From assembly GCA_031426395.1 (NCBI GenBank), contig JANPLG010000124.1, forward strand, positions 1,851-65,850: DNA of 64,000 nucleotides, given 5' to 3'. Source of the stretch: Actinomycetes bacterium. GTDB lineage: Bacteria; Armatimonadota; SYMT01. Shown one piece after another: positions 8,001 to 16,555 of this stretch. The notes under the pieces were generated by a model that saw only the letters and a program-made list of their open reading frames with translations, was not told where the DNA came from and did no database searches. Every line of letters begins with the position of its first letter. Positions within the stretch are counted from its first letter, which is position 1. A program made the position numbers and the translations under genes.

Positions 8001-10229
8001 GTCGTTGCTGCCGGCGCGGGCCGGGGCGAAGTAGATGGGCAGGTTGTCCGAGGCTTCCCCGAAGGCCTCCGCTTCTGCCCGCGCCTGGAGGACCAGTTGC
8101 TGGCGCAGCTCGAAGACGGCTTGCTGCGCTTGCCGGAGCTGGGGCATGGCACCGAGCGCCTCCGCCTCAGTGTTGTTCAGTTGCCGGTTGACCTCATCCC
8201 GCCGGGTCTGCGCGGAACGCATCTTCTCCTCGGCGCGGCCTACGGCGGCGCGTTGGTCGTCGGTGAGCGACTTGGCGAAAGCCGCATCAGCGGTTGCCGG
8301 CGGGACCGCGTTCTGGAGCGCCATGAGCTCGCCCTTGAGCTTCTCGACCTTCGCCGTCTTCTCATCGATGACGGGCTGGGGCATCATCGCCGCGATCGCA
8401 TCCGCCAACTCCTTCTCGGCGGCGGTGAGTTCCTGCTGCTTGACGGTTACGGCGTTGTCCGACTTCGCCTTGTTGAGGTCCGCCAGGGCCTGCTTCGATA
8501 CCAGGTCGCTGAGGATCTTGTTGGCGTCCGTTACCGCCTGCTGCTCGGCGGCGAGCTTCTTGTCCGCGACCTCGAGTTCGGTCTGGAGGATGATGACCTG
8601 CCGCTTCAGGTCGGCGACAGCTCCGTCCCTGGCGAACGCCTCCTGCTCCTTCTTCAGCAATTCAGACTGGAGCGTCCGGGCGCGGTCGACGAAGGCACGG
8701 CCCTCCGGATTGAGGATCGTCACCTCGTTGCGCCGCAGGGACTGAAGGAGGCGGGGCACGTTGGTGAAGTAGAAGAGGCGCACCTGCTCGTTCACAAACC
8801 CCTCGGCGTCTCCCGTGTAGGTCTCGTCCAGGCCAACGAGAGCGGCGGAGAGGATGTCGCGCCCCACGCGGGCTCCGACCACGCTCTCCCCGGCGGCCTT
8901 CATCGCGGCGTCGTTCACTTCGCGGAGCTGCGCCGCGAGGGTGGGCCAAGCGGTGTCGGCCTGATTGATCAGGGTGACCAGCCCCCGGCCCAGGGTCATG
9001 CGGGTCTCATCGGGGACGGGGAGGGCCCGGTCATCATCACCTTCCCGCGCCCTGGCAAGTCCCTCCCGGAGTGCCCGCGTGTACTTGAGCAGCTCGCCGG
9101 TCTCGACGTCGCAGGCGGTCCGGACCGCGTCATACAGCCCACGGAAACCTTCGATGCAGCGCTGGGTCTTCTGGCCATGCTCCCGCACTCCGGCGCAAAG
9201 CTTGTCATCCCGCTTCGCGCCGTGCATCTCCGTTGCCTCGACGTAGTCCGGCGGCTCGAGTCCCTCGACTAGCAGGCCTGACCCAGGCTCATCCAGCTTG
9301 TCCGACTGACGGATGGGCGCCAGGGCTTTCACCAGTGATCGGTTGAGGATCTCCGCGCGACCAAAGGCAACGAGTTGGCCAGCCAGCGCATCGGCGGCTG
9401 CCAGCCCCGTAGGCTTGCCGCTGGTCAGCTTGGGGAACTGGGTGGCATCAAGTTGGGAACCGAGACCGGAGGAGAGCTTGTTGCCATAGCCCGTGAACGC
9501 CTTGACCGCCTTGAAGAGCAGGCCCTTCTCCCCCTCCGTGCCGCGCAGTTTCTTCGCGTCCTCGATGCCTGCCTTGAGCTCGGTCAGTAGCGCCTGCGCC
9601 TCGTCAATGGGATCCTGCTTCTTCTTGAGAGCGGCCGCAGCATCCGACTTCGCCTTATCCGCAGCAGCAGCGGCGGCAGTGGCGGTATCGAGCGCCTTCT
9701 GCGCTTCGTCGATCTCGGCCTGTGGTGCCATCTTCTCTTTGAGCTGCTTCAGCTTCTCCTGCGCCGCCAGCAGCTCTTTCTTCTTGGTTTCCTGCGCCGT
9801 GGTCTTGTCCGCGAGGTCCTTGCGCAACTGCACGATCTCGGTGGAGGTGTCAGCCGCCTTGAGCGCTTCATCAAGGCACTTGGAATCGGTCTCGGCCTTC
9901 GGCTCTGTCAATGGCTTGAGCTTGGAATCAAGGCCACCGTTTCCGCCAATGGGGTGCGCCTTCCAGAGCTTGGCCCCCTCCGCGAGGCGAGCGATGCTGG
10001 TGCTGGAAAGCTCCGGGTCGGCGGGAAGCCCCAGCGCCGGCAGTAGCTTCTTCGCGTTCGCCAGCGGGGTTCTTGTCTCGCCGAGAAGCTTCTTCGCGTC
10101 GGTGACGGCTGCCGGGAGGTCCGTACAGGGCTTGTCAGCAGCCATGCCGCCAGTCACATAGGAGAGGGAGAGGAGACTGGTAACCAAGATGAACAGGGAG
10201 CAGAAGGCTCTTCGACTAGGGTGCCACAT
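5049..10229 (-). CDS. Giant (1726 aa) secreted protein with a Secretin_N-like module, extensive coiled coils and a C-terminal secretin pore domain
   Basis: N-terminal signal peptide (MWHPSRRAFCSLFILVTSLLSLSYVTGGMAA). Mid-protein block ...RVMFFAYGDSKTLFLRGNPADVETALDVVAGFDRPAPQARVTLWTLQLN... resembles Secretin_N ring modules. C-terminal ~250 aa (...FKLTPIFDPSG..., VDRHTVNTEVQVSNLE..., GGVPIVRNLPILKDIPLIGYFTRQ..., ESVILGQTAIYPTV) follows the secretin (GspD/PilQ/pIV) domain pattern, including the VPLLGDIPLLGxLF signature. Most of the remainder is heptad-like, K/E/A/Q-rich helix. Confidence 0.75.
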   Translation of the reverse strand: MWHPSRRAFCSLFILVTSLLSLSYVTGGMAADKPCTDLPAAVTDAKKLLGETRTPLANAKKLLPALGLPADPELSSTSIARLAEGAKLWKAHPIGGNGGLDSKLKPLTEPKAETDSKCLDEALKAADTSTEIVQLRKDLADKTTAQETKKKELLAAQEKLKQLKEKMAPQAEIDEAQKALDTATAAAAAADKAKSDAAAALKKKQDPIDEAQALLTELKAGIEDAKKLRGTEGEKGLLFKAVKAFTGYGNKLSSGLGSQLDATQFPKLTSGKPTGLAAADALAGQLVAFGRAEILNRSLVKALAPIRQSDKLDEPGSGLLVEGLEPPDYVEATEMHGAKRDDKLCAGVREHGQKTQRCIEGFRGLYDAVRTACDVETGELLKYTRALREGLARAREGDDDRALPVPDETRMTLGRGLVTLINQADTAWPTLAAQLREVNDAAMKAAGESVVGARVGRDILSAALVGLDETYTGDAEGFVNEQVRLFYFTNVPRLLQSLRRNEVTILNPEGRAFVDRARTLQSELLKKEQEAFARDGAVADLKRQVIILQTELEVADKKLAAEQQAVTDANKILSDLVSKQALADLNKAKSDNAVTVKQQELTAAEKELADAIAAMMPQPVIDEKTAKVEKLKGELMALQNAVPPATADAAFAKSLTDDQRAAVGRAEEKMRSAQTRRDEVNRQLNNTEAEALGAMPQLRQAQQAVFELRQQLVLQARAEAEAFGEASDNLPIYFAPARAGSNDPLGRVMFFAYGDSKTLFLRGNPADVETALDVVAGFDRPAPQARVTLWTLQLNGRDPAQLNGSVRLINEEMRYLRANIIGIQDVLRNSVNQEVNSVAIGFKSLIQGTPLDMDQRLCRYMAYPREVRERLGLQLPYSEWHSTAAQTLRLSADLKALRGYVERFMELRALRKKQGLDPRPSNRLAEELNLVGEFGIAAVREVQASLGRVTHRMDRVKGLQKCYVEDAGGFTWQALKLRKADALCELKTLAKLAEEMAEMLAIKQDKATLVDNLRKLVKRSFKQLVPGDPPPKEKDTLDNFYGDTVLPAVRKGEESVQELQRILHSIAKGIDPDCVCDTSALGSRLNKLEKVYRQRKKQEVDKSKLAIQLLDLETVTRWTIPDPANSTTLGQTLFISSLLRRSCRLRVLRDFSTELIALSRQANAAAGKYSNGRDQELAKRRGERYDQFLHDSLAVARVLISGEDTVSLLGAANGNASSNKQAGSPTFPALPRTLFGALHKRESNLNDDEMTANQLEVLMALQAKGRHSCGLEVRSILRQIQRTQGLSGDQVQPGSPLVWQLREQYLPLLGWLSRSLVDSPTDFRDLDDQAKAGACYVPQPYRALGMQAVKMNFKQPVAADQMAWTIAALEGQRNSLTQSTARVAAADDMVKRLMVIVEDDVDHYFVSPALKALQDVIHDKPSTGERIGDKLAGLVGGTKPRVNFGLIERTSILATNRLVARVSPNASGDVTLKGPEDFLEQAQQLAQIAQSVNNSFFAPKRSSNAAKNGMTAAGAASALGASGASLGLFGGIGALLSLLDEQKEEPPGEVYALTSGNTFKLTPIFDPSGQALRFKFDYAAVVNVREPNGTVNPSIPRVDRHTVNTEVQVSNLEVREVSRFGVNAQLGLPEKRTGGVPIVRNLPILKDIPLIGYFTRQAAKGGLIQESVILGQTAIYPTVSEIVDLLVDVPQRTELGFKPPAYLRVGDRPTARETLNGLLKKLHLAQ

Positions 10230-10609
10230 TCTATGGACCTCGATCTTCAGGTGCGACCAATCCGAGCGGTGCTAACAAGTCGCAAATCACTCGCGAGCAG
10301 CTTCTCCGGTATTGTTCTCCGTGCTTCAGTGCGTCTCCTGCCTAGGAGGGCGAGCAACCTTGGCCTCTCTTGAACGCAGGACGAGGGCGTGATCCGGCGG
10401 TCGCAGCCGAAAGGGGCAGCGGCGCGGGTGGGGCAGTGGAGCGCAGGGGAGTTCGTCACGTCGGCCGCCGCGCCGATGCAGGAGATCCGCGTCACCCCGG
10501 TGCAGTGGGACCTTCCCCGAAACCAGGAGCATCGCCGTCCGTGGATGCAGGGAGTGCTCTTGAACGGGTGGACGGATTCTAGACAGCCGAGGCGTGGCGG
10601 ATTCCCGAC

Positions 10610-10725
10610 AGTTTTCGACGTTCTCTGTCGAATGTGTCGAGAACCGGGCATGAACCCGGAAGTCGTGAACGGCCCCTCCGGATTCCGTCAGTTTCGACAG
10701 AGGCTCTGTCGAGAATCGTCAGGCA
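10610..10725. promoter_or_regulatory. Two copies of a TCGACAGAG-n-CTCTGTCGA palindrome in the divergent secretin/recF intergenic region
   Basis: gttttcgacgttctctgtcgaatgtgtcgag (10610-10645) and gtttcgacagaggctctgtcgagaatcgtc (10688-10720). The second is a perfect 19-bp palindrome. Both lie 260-370 bp upstream of recF. Confidence 0.4.
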
Positions 10726-10981
10726 CGCGTCCAGGAATCCACGGAGAGGCGATAGGGGTTATCGACATCCTGACAGCACTACGGAGTCTACTGAATAGAT
10801 ATATGACTCTGAGTCTTTCAGAGGTCTCATGTGCAAAAGGGAGATCGGGGCCGGGGAGCTGGAAGATCGATTTGGGGAAGGTTGGACCGGAAGGGCCTTC
10901 CGGGGGATGGGGCTTGGATAGAGTAAAGCCAGTCGCCTCCTGATCCCTGACTTCCAGCCTTGATCTGTTTCCCTGGCCTTT

Positions 10982-12139
10982 ATGCTTCTTCGCCATCTGA
11001 CCTTGCGGCATTACCGGAACTACGTGGAGCTTCGCCAGGAGTTCTCACCCAGCCTAAACGTGGTGGTGGGTCCCAACGCCCAGGGCAAGACGAACCTGCT
11101 GGAGTCGGTCTACCTGCTGGCTACCAGCAAGTCGATGAAGGGCAGCAAGGACGCGGACCTGATTGAGTGGGACACGCCGGCCGCGCTGGTTTCCGCGGAC
11201 GTGCTGCGGGAGAAGGCGAACGACATCGAGCTGGAAGTCTCCCTCTCTCGGACGGAGAAGAAGACGCTGGTGGTGAACACGGTCCATGTGCCTCGTGCCA
11301 TGGAGTTCATCGGGCAGCTCAAGGCGGTGGCCTTCAGCGTCAGCGACCTGGAGGTGGTGCGGGGCGAGCCGCTGCGCCGCCGCCGGTTCCTCGACCTGGA
11401 GGTCTCCCAGCTTAGCCCCAGCTACGTCCATACGCTGGCGTGCTACCGCAAGGTGGTGGAGCAGCGGAGCAAGCTCCTGAAGCAGGCGCGCGACCGCAGC
11501 ATGCGTCCGATCATCGAGGAGACGCTGGGGGTCTGGACCGACCAGATGATTGTCTATGGCAGCAAGCTGATGGACAGGCGGCGGCAGTTCCTGGAGAAGC
11601 TGGAGGCGTTCGCCCAGCCAATCCACTCCCTGATGACGGATGCCCAGGAGCGGCTCACGGTCTCCTACCATCCCAGCTTCCGGGCACCGGAGAACCCGGA
11701 GAAGGTGCCGGACGCCTATCGCGAGGCGCTCTCCCATGTGCGGGAAGAGGAGTTCCGCCGGCAGGTCTGCCTGGTGGGTCCCCACCGGGACGACGTGACC
11801 TTCCTGATCAATGGCCGGGACGCGCGCACCTACGGCAGCCAGGGCCAGCAGCGTACGGCAGCCCTGAGCGTGAAGCTGGCCGAGGTGGAGCTGATGCGGG
11901 ATCTCACGGGAGAAGCCCCGGTCTGCCTTCTGGACGATGTCTTCAGCGAGCTGGACAGCCGCCGCCGTGGCCACATCTTCGACGTGACCCTGGGCGCGTG
12001 CCAGACCTTCCTCTCCACCACGGATGTGGAACTCCTCCCGCTGGAGGTGCGGAAGCAGGCGACGCTCTTCCATGCGCGGCAGGGAAGCCTGAGGAGAGAG
12101 GGAGAGAGGGAGAGAGGGAGAGAGGGGGCGACGCGGTGA
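10982..12139 (+). CDS. recF: DNA replication and repair protein RecF, with a C-terminal simple-repeat-encoded tail
   Basis: MLLRHLTLRHYRNY start, Walker A GPNAQGKTNLLE, C-terminal LLDDVFSELD signature. The last ~20 codons (RREGEREREGATR) are encoded by a (GAGAGGGA)n array. Confidence 0.9.
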   Translation: MLLRHLTLRHYRNYVELRQEFSPSLNVVVGPNAQGKTNLLESVYLLATSKSMKGSKDADLIEWDTPAALVSADVLREKANDIELEVSLSRTEKKTLVVNTVHVPRAMEFIGQLKAVAFSVSDLEVVRGEPLRRRRFLDLEVSQLSPSYVHTLACYRKVVEQRSKLLKQARDRSMRPIIEETLGVWTDQMIVYGSKLMDRRRQFLEKLEAFAQPIHSLMTDAQERLTVSYHPSFRAPENPEKVPDAYREALSHVREEEFRRQVCLVGPHRDDVTFLINGRDARTYGSQGQQRTAALSVKLAEVELMRDLTGEAPVCLLDDVFSELDSRRRGHIFDVTLGACQTFLSTTDVELLPLEVRKQATLFHARQGSLRREGERERGREGATR

Positions 12140-12623
12140 ACCGTTTCCGCTGCGTTTGTCGGGTTGTAGCCTCCATCCAAAGCTTCGTGCGCTCGACACC
12201 TTACAATCGATTGGCGAACGGTGTATGAGCCATCCGCCGCAATTGACTGCGGCGCGAGGTCGCTGGCTCTGTGTTTGGGGATGTTTGGGGGCGGAAGCTA
12301 ACCGGAGGGCATAGCCAGCAGCCTTGCGCTGCGTTCGATCACGGTAGCCGCATCGGGTACCTCATGCCCCCTTGGGCTGGGTGTTCTGCCAGGCGGCTTC
12401 CGCAACCGAAAGTCGCGGTGTCCGTGGGGGTGTGCGGGACACCAAGCCACCACCGTGATCGAATGCGGCGCGAGGCCGCTGATCTCCGGCCGGAGCGGTG
12501 ATGCGGGTCGGCTTTGCTTTGCAAAGTGATTGAACTTCGCAAAGACGAGATGCAACCAACCTGAACGGTGCTCCGCGCATTCCAGATTGCTGGAACCCCT
12601 GCATTACGGAGACCCGCGAAAGG

Positions 12624-13598
12624 ATGAGCCGTGAGATGGAAACTCCCTCCCCCCAGCCCGCGCTTGGTGAGTTCGCCCTTGATCCGTCCCCGAACGGGGG
12701 CATGCGTGAACCCGTAGCCGCAGCGGTAGCCGTACCAGCCCCGTCGCCAGCCACAACGATCTCGCCGCGTTCGCATCACTCCGGCTATACCGCGTCGGCA
12801 CTCTTGTCGCCTTCCGTCAACCCTCTCGGCGGAACAGCGCCCCGCGCGTCTCACGCGATCCGCCCGGAGGAAGACGAAGACGTGGATCCGCCCACGGAGC
12901 GGGGACGCGGATTCCTTGGGCGGCTCTCTATCGCGGAGTGGCTGCTGAAATACCGCGGCTACCTGCTCCGGCAGATCGAGAGTGGGCGGGAGCTGGAGGT
13001 CATCCTGATCGACCTCCTCATCGTGGCCGCCCTGCCGACCGCTTTCTACGGCCTGGTGACGGGAATGGCGACCGGCTCCTGGGCGCGGATGCTGACCAAT
13101 CCGTTCAAGCTGCCGGTGCTGCTGGTTCTCACCACGGTCCTCTGCCTGCCCACCCTCTACATCTTCCTCTCCTACCTGGGCAGCCGGCGGTCGTTCCCAC
13201 AGATCACCGCCCTGGCGTTCACCGGCATCGCCATTGTGGGCATCATCCTCGCCGCCTTCGCGCCAATCACATGGTTCCTTACCTTCACGGCACCCGGAGC
13301 GTATGCGCTGCACGTCGTCGTAAACGTTGCCGTGCTCGCGCTGGCGGGGTGCATGGGTGTCCGCTTCCTCTTCCACGGAGTCCGCCGAGTCCTCGGCAAC
13401 CAGCCCGGGGCTGGGAAGCAGATGACCTTCATGACGGCGTGGATGGCGATGTACGGACTGGTCGGCGCGCAGATGGGATGGATGCTGCGCCCCTTCTTCA
13501 GCCCCACCACCGAACTCTTCCGCGCCCCGGAATCCGGCGGTGAGACCGTCTTCGCCGCCATCGCCTCCCTGGTGTGGCAGCTCGTGGGCGGACGCTGA
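12624..13598 (+). CDS. Polytopic membrane protein of unknown family (paralog 1) with a disordered Pro/Ala-rich N-terminus
   Basis: About 5 predicted TM helices. C-terminal half aligns with the next ORF (GAQMGWMLRPFF / AAQQMAWIFRPHF; APESGGETVFAAIASLV / HPLASGGTALQRLWDLI). Confidence 0.5.
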   Translation: MSREMETPSPQPALGEFALDPSPNGGMREPVAAAVAVPAPSPATTISPRSHHSGYTASALLSPSVNPLGGTAPRASHAIRPEEDEDVDPPTERGRGFLGRLSIAEWLLKYRGYLLRQIESGRELEVILIDLLIVAALPTAFYGLVTGMATGSWARMLTNPFKLPVLLVLTTVLCLPTLYIFLSYLGSRRSFPQITALAFTGIAIVGIILAAFAPITWFLTFTAPGAYALHVVVNVAVLALAGCMGVRFLFHGVRRVLGNQPGAGKQMTFMTAWMAMYGLVGAQMGWMLRPFFSPTTELFRAPESGGETVFAAIASLVWQLVGGR

Positions 13599-13657
13599 TT
13601 GAGCACCCTGCCACCCCACCTGAACCCGAAACAGGAAACAGGGAACTGGAGACCCGA

Positions 13658-14311
13658 ATGCTCCCCATCAACGTCTTCCACCACCGTGAAGAGCTGCTGA
13701 AGGCGCTTCGTGGTGGAGTGGGCCTGCGCTCGCTCATCCGGCGGATGGGCGTCGGCTCGTTCCTCTGCGCCACGGGCTATGGGCTGGTGCTGGGCGCGCA
13801 GGTGGGCGGCTGGCAGGTGCTCTCCAGTCCCGTGAAGCTCTGCCTGGTGCTGCTCGGGACCACCGGCCTCTGCGTCGCGGCCCTCTACGTCATGCTGGCC
13901 CTCGCTGGGCAGCGGCTGGGGTGGGGGCAGGTGGTGGGGCTGGCGCTCTGCTCCGTCTCTGCCAGCGCGCTCTGCATGGCGGCTCTGCTCCCGATCACCG
14001 CCTTCTGGGCCCTGGCCAATTCCAGCCCGGACCGCGCCCCATTGGTGCTCGCGCACGCCACCGCCTTCGGCATCGCGGGGTGGGTCGGCACCCGCTTCGG
14101 GATGGAGATGGCGCGCGCGCTCTTTCCCGTTCCACGAGCCATCCATGTCTTCACCCTCTGGCTCTGGCTCTTCGGCCTGGCGGCGCAGCAGATGGCGTGG
14201 ATCTTCCGTCCCCACTTCCACGCCACCACCACCTTCATGCATCCCCTGGCCTCCGGCGGCACCGCCCTGCAGCGCCTCTGGGACCTCATCACCGGCACGC
14301 TCTTCCGCTGA
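13658..14311 (+). CDS. Polytopic membrane protein of unknown family (paralog 2)
   Basis: Tandem paralog of 12624-13598. Start chosen at MLPINVF with a GGAG RBS about 8 nt upstream; the ORF track gives 13574 as the earliest start. Confidence 0.5.
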   Translation: MLPINVFHHREELLKALRGGVGLRSLIRRMGVGSFLCATGYGLVLGAQVGGWQVLSSPVKLCLVLLGTTGLCVAALYVMLALAGQRLGWGQVVGLALCSVSASALCMAALLPITAFWALANSSPDRAPLVLAHATAFGIAGWVGTRFGMEMARALFPVPRAIHVFTLWLWLFGLAAQQMAWIFRPHFHATTTFMHPLASGGTALQRLWDLITGTLFR

Positions 14312-14406
14312 GGTACGGCGGGACATCGCCGATCGGCGGTAGGAGGTCGCTCGTTTATTGTGGAACCCAGTAAGCCTCAGACCGCTGAAAGACAGGGACC
14401 GCAAAC

Positions 14407-15135
14407 ATGGGCAAACCGTTTACGGATGAAGACTGGAACACGTTACTTGGACACATAGGGTATGGCAACCCGAGGGGCGCTCTCTGGTTCCTGGGGATGG
14501 AGGAAGCTCTTGGAGGTGATCGAGACGCCAACCTACGATGGCGTCTCGATCACTTCGCGCATCCAGTTGATACGCTCACCAACCACATGAAGGCACCTTG
14601 GATAGGCGGTACGGTTCCGCGAACGCCCACCTGGCGCATCATGGCAAAAATTGCGCGACTACTTGAGGGAGCGAATGATTGGGCTGCTCCCGAAGCGGCA
14701 GCCACCTATGTCCGGCGCAAGCCGGGTACAGCAACGGGATCGACATTCCTCATGGAGATGCTGCCCTTGCCGAACAAGAGCCTCAAAGACTGGTCACACC
14801 ATGATCGCTTTCCCGGCGGGCGACTCCATTACGAACGCGACCACCTGACCCAACGGATCGAACAGCTTCGCGAGTTCGTGAATGAGTACCAGCCCCGTTG
14901 CATCATCTGCTACGGGAAGGGATTCTGGCCGAGGTACCATCAGGTTATGCCCTTGACTGATGTGCGGAGCATCCAGTTGCCGGAGACAACGGTAACCATC
15001 GGGAGGTGGAACACGACCACTGTGCTGCACACCCCGTTCTTCGTACCGTACGCGTTTCCAGAGCGTGCGATTGCCGCAATCCCTGGCCTACTTCGTGAGT
15101 ACGCGTGCGACGATACGAAGAGCGCGACCCGGTGA
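14407..15135 (+). CDS. Hypothetical protein in a low-GC islet, with weak resemblance to the uracil-DNA glycosylase superfamily
   Basis: GC drops visibly (~55%) versus flanks. N-terminal GYGNPRGALWFLGMEEALGGD loosely resembles the family-4 UDG GEGNP...FVGEAPG..ED motif, and a VLHTPFF block resembles the C-terminal HPSP motif. No confident family. Confidence 0.35.
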   Translation: MGKPFTDEDWNTLLGHIGYGNPRGALWFLGMEEALGGDRDANLRWRLDHFAHPVDTLTNHMKAPWIGGTVPRTPTWRIMAKIARLLEGANDWAAPEAAATYVRRKPGTATGSTFLMEMLPLPNKSLKDWSHHDRFPGGRLHYERDHLTQRIEQLREFVNEYQPRCIICYGKGFWPRYHQVMPLTDVRSIQLPETTVTIGRWNTTTVLHTPFFVPYAFPERAIAAIPGLLREYACDDTKSATR

Positions 15136-15240
15136 GTGACTTGGAACAACCCGACGTTCCGGTTCAATTGGCCGTGCCTACGCCCTCCGCCTACGATCCA
15201 GCGTGGCGCTTGTGTACCACCGTTCCCCTCCAGCACTCGT

Positions 15241-15267
15241 GTAGGGCACGCTCGCCGCAGCGTGCCG
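15241..15267. repeat. REP-like palindromic element GTAGGGCACGCTCGCCGCAGCGTGCCG (single copy)
   Basis: Same 27-mer as in the 24299-24630 cluster. Stem GGCACGCT/AGCGTGCC with a 6-nt loop. Confidence 0.7.
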
Positions 15268-15544
15268 TCGTTCTCGTCACGCGTGAATCCCCCGCTTGGC
15301 CGATGTCTCCATCGCGGACGGATCGGAAGTGTGGAATCCGACGGCTCGACGGGCATGACACGCTTCCTAACGGTCGCGGTTCCGGTCTGCGGCTCTATGA
15401 CGGGAGGGCGGCAGTATGATTCAGTGGCAGGCCGTCAATGTAGATTTGGAACACAGCGTCCGTGAATCTGTTCGCTCGGCCAGGGTCCAGAGCCGTCCCC
15501 GCCGGCCGACTGCCCAATGCCCAATGCCTAAGACCCGAGGTTGA

Positions 15545-15590
15545 AGAGTAGGATTAGGATTAGGATTAGGATTAGGATTAGGAGCAGGCT
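15545..15590. repeat. (AGGATT)6 tandem hexamer array
   Basis: gtaggattaggattaggattaggattaggattaggagc. Same unit as the TAGGAT hairpin elements at 17516, 18297 and 48344. Confidence 0.85.
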
Positions 15591-15627
15591 GGATGGCTTC
15601 GGCCGTCGTTAGGAAGCTCCCCACGCG

Positions 15628-16407
15628 TTGGCAACCTCCCCCACTGAACTGAGCGGAACCACCTTGCGGCCGATGTCGCGGCCCGCCCCACGGGCCAGCC
15701 TCCCGGCGGAGGCGCGGGCGGTGCTGGTCAAGGACCTCCGCTCCGAGGTCCGCACCCGCGCGGCCCTCGCTACCATCCTGCTCTTCGCGGTGGTCACCCT
15801 CATCACGGTCGCCTTCACCGTGCCAACCAGGGTCCCCGGCCTTGTGGAACGGGGCGCGGACACCATCAACCGCTCCTACGTCCTCTCCGCGCTGCTCTGG
15901 ATCATCCTCTTCTTCAGCGCCATGGCGGGCCTGCCGCGCACCTTCGTCAAGGAAGAGGAGATGCGCACTGCGCCCGCGCTGCGGCTGGCCGCCCGGCCAC
16001 TGGCGGTCTTCTGGGGCAAGCTGCTCTTTAACGCCCTGCTGGTGACTGCGGTCGCTGTGGTGGTTCTCCCCCTCTTCCTCATCCTGCTGACGCCGCGCGT
16101 GGAGAGCTGGCCCGCCTTCCTCGCCTACCTCCTGTTCGGCTCACTCGGCATGGCGGGCGGCGCGACCATCCTCGGGGCCATCGTGGCCCGGGCGGGCGGC
16201 AAGGCCTACCTGATGGTGCCGCTCGCCTTCCCCATCCTGCTGCCGCTGCTGGTGATGACCATCAACGGCACCGCCATCGCGCTCAACGGAAGCACCACAC
16301 ATCCGGTGGCGAATCCCGGCGACCAGCTCCTCCCGCTCGTGTCCTACCTGGTAGCGCTGGTCACCGTCTCCGTCCTGCTCTTCGACTACGTATGGCGGGA
16401 CACCTGA
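15628..16407 (+). CDS. ccmB: Heme exporter permease CcmB
   Basis: Six-TM ABC permease with CcmB-like sequence (LVKDLRSEVRTR...LLFAVVTLITVAF...). TTG start at 15628; an alternative ATG is at 15673. Confidence 0.75.
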   Translation: MATSPTELSGTTLRPMSRPAPRASLPAEARAVLVKDLRSEVRTRAALATILLFAVVTLITVAFTVPTRVPGLVERGADTINRSYVLSALLWIILFFSAMAGLPRTFVKEEEMRTAPALRLAARPLAVFWGKLLFNALLVTAVAVVVLPLFLILLTPRVESWPAFLAYLLFGSLGMAGGATILGAIVARAGGKAYLMVPLAFPILLPLLVMTINGTAIALNGSTTHPVANPGDQLLPLVSYLVALVTVSVLLFDYVWRDT

Positions 16408-16555
16408 TGGCCGGGTGCCCAACCTGGGGCGGCATTCAGGGCGTCTCACAAGGCGAGGGTGATCCGAACCACGGAGACCGGGGCCAGACCGACCGTTATA
16501 ATAGGGACGGACACGGACAGAGGGCCAAGGGCGGCCCAGGAGCAAGGGACGCGGG

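Noticed and set aside
7218-9272. 684-aa + strand ORF and several others (8035-8745, 9493-10161) inside the giant secretin gene
   Set aside because: Antisense or alternate-frame to the 1726-aa ORF. The products are Arg/Gly/Leu-rich noise typical of GC-rich antisense frames.
12339-14404. Minus-strand ORFs of 426 aa and 410 aa
   Set aside because: Antisense to the two paralogous membrane-protein genes, which show mutual conservation and TM periodicity. The antisense products are RG-rich.
14407-15135. Annotating the low-GC gene as a uracil-DNA glycosylase
   Set aside because: The resemblance is limited to two short motifs. Reported only as a low-confidence hint.
15421-15624. ORF encoding a PNPNPNPNPN peptide
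   Set aside because: Artefact of translating the (AGGATT)6 tandem repeat on the opposite strand.
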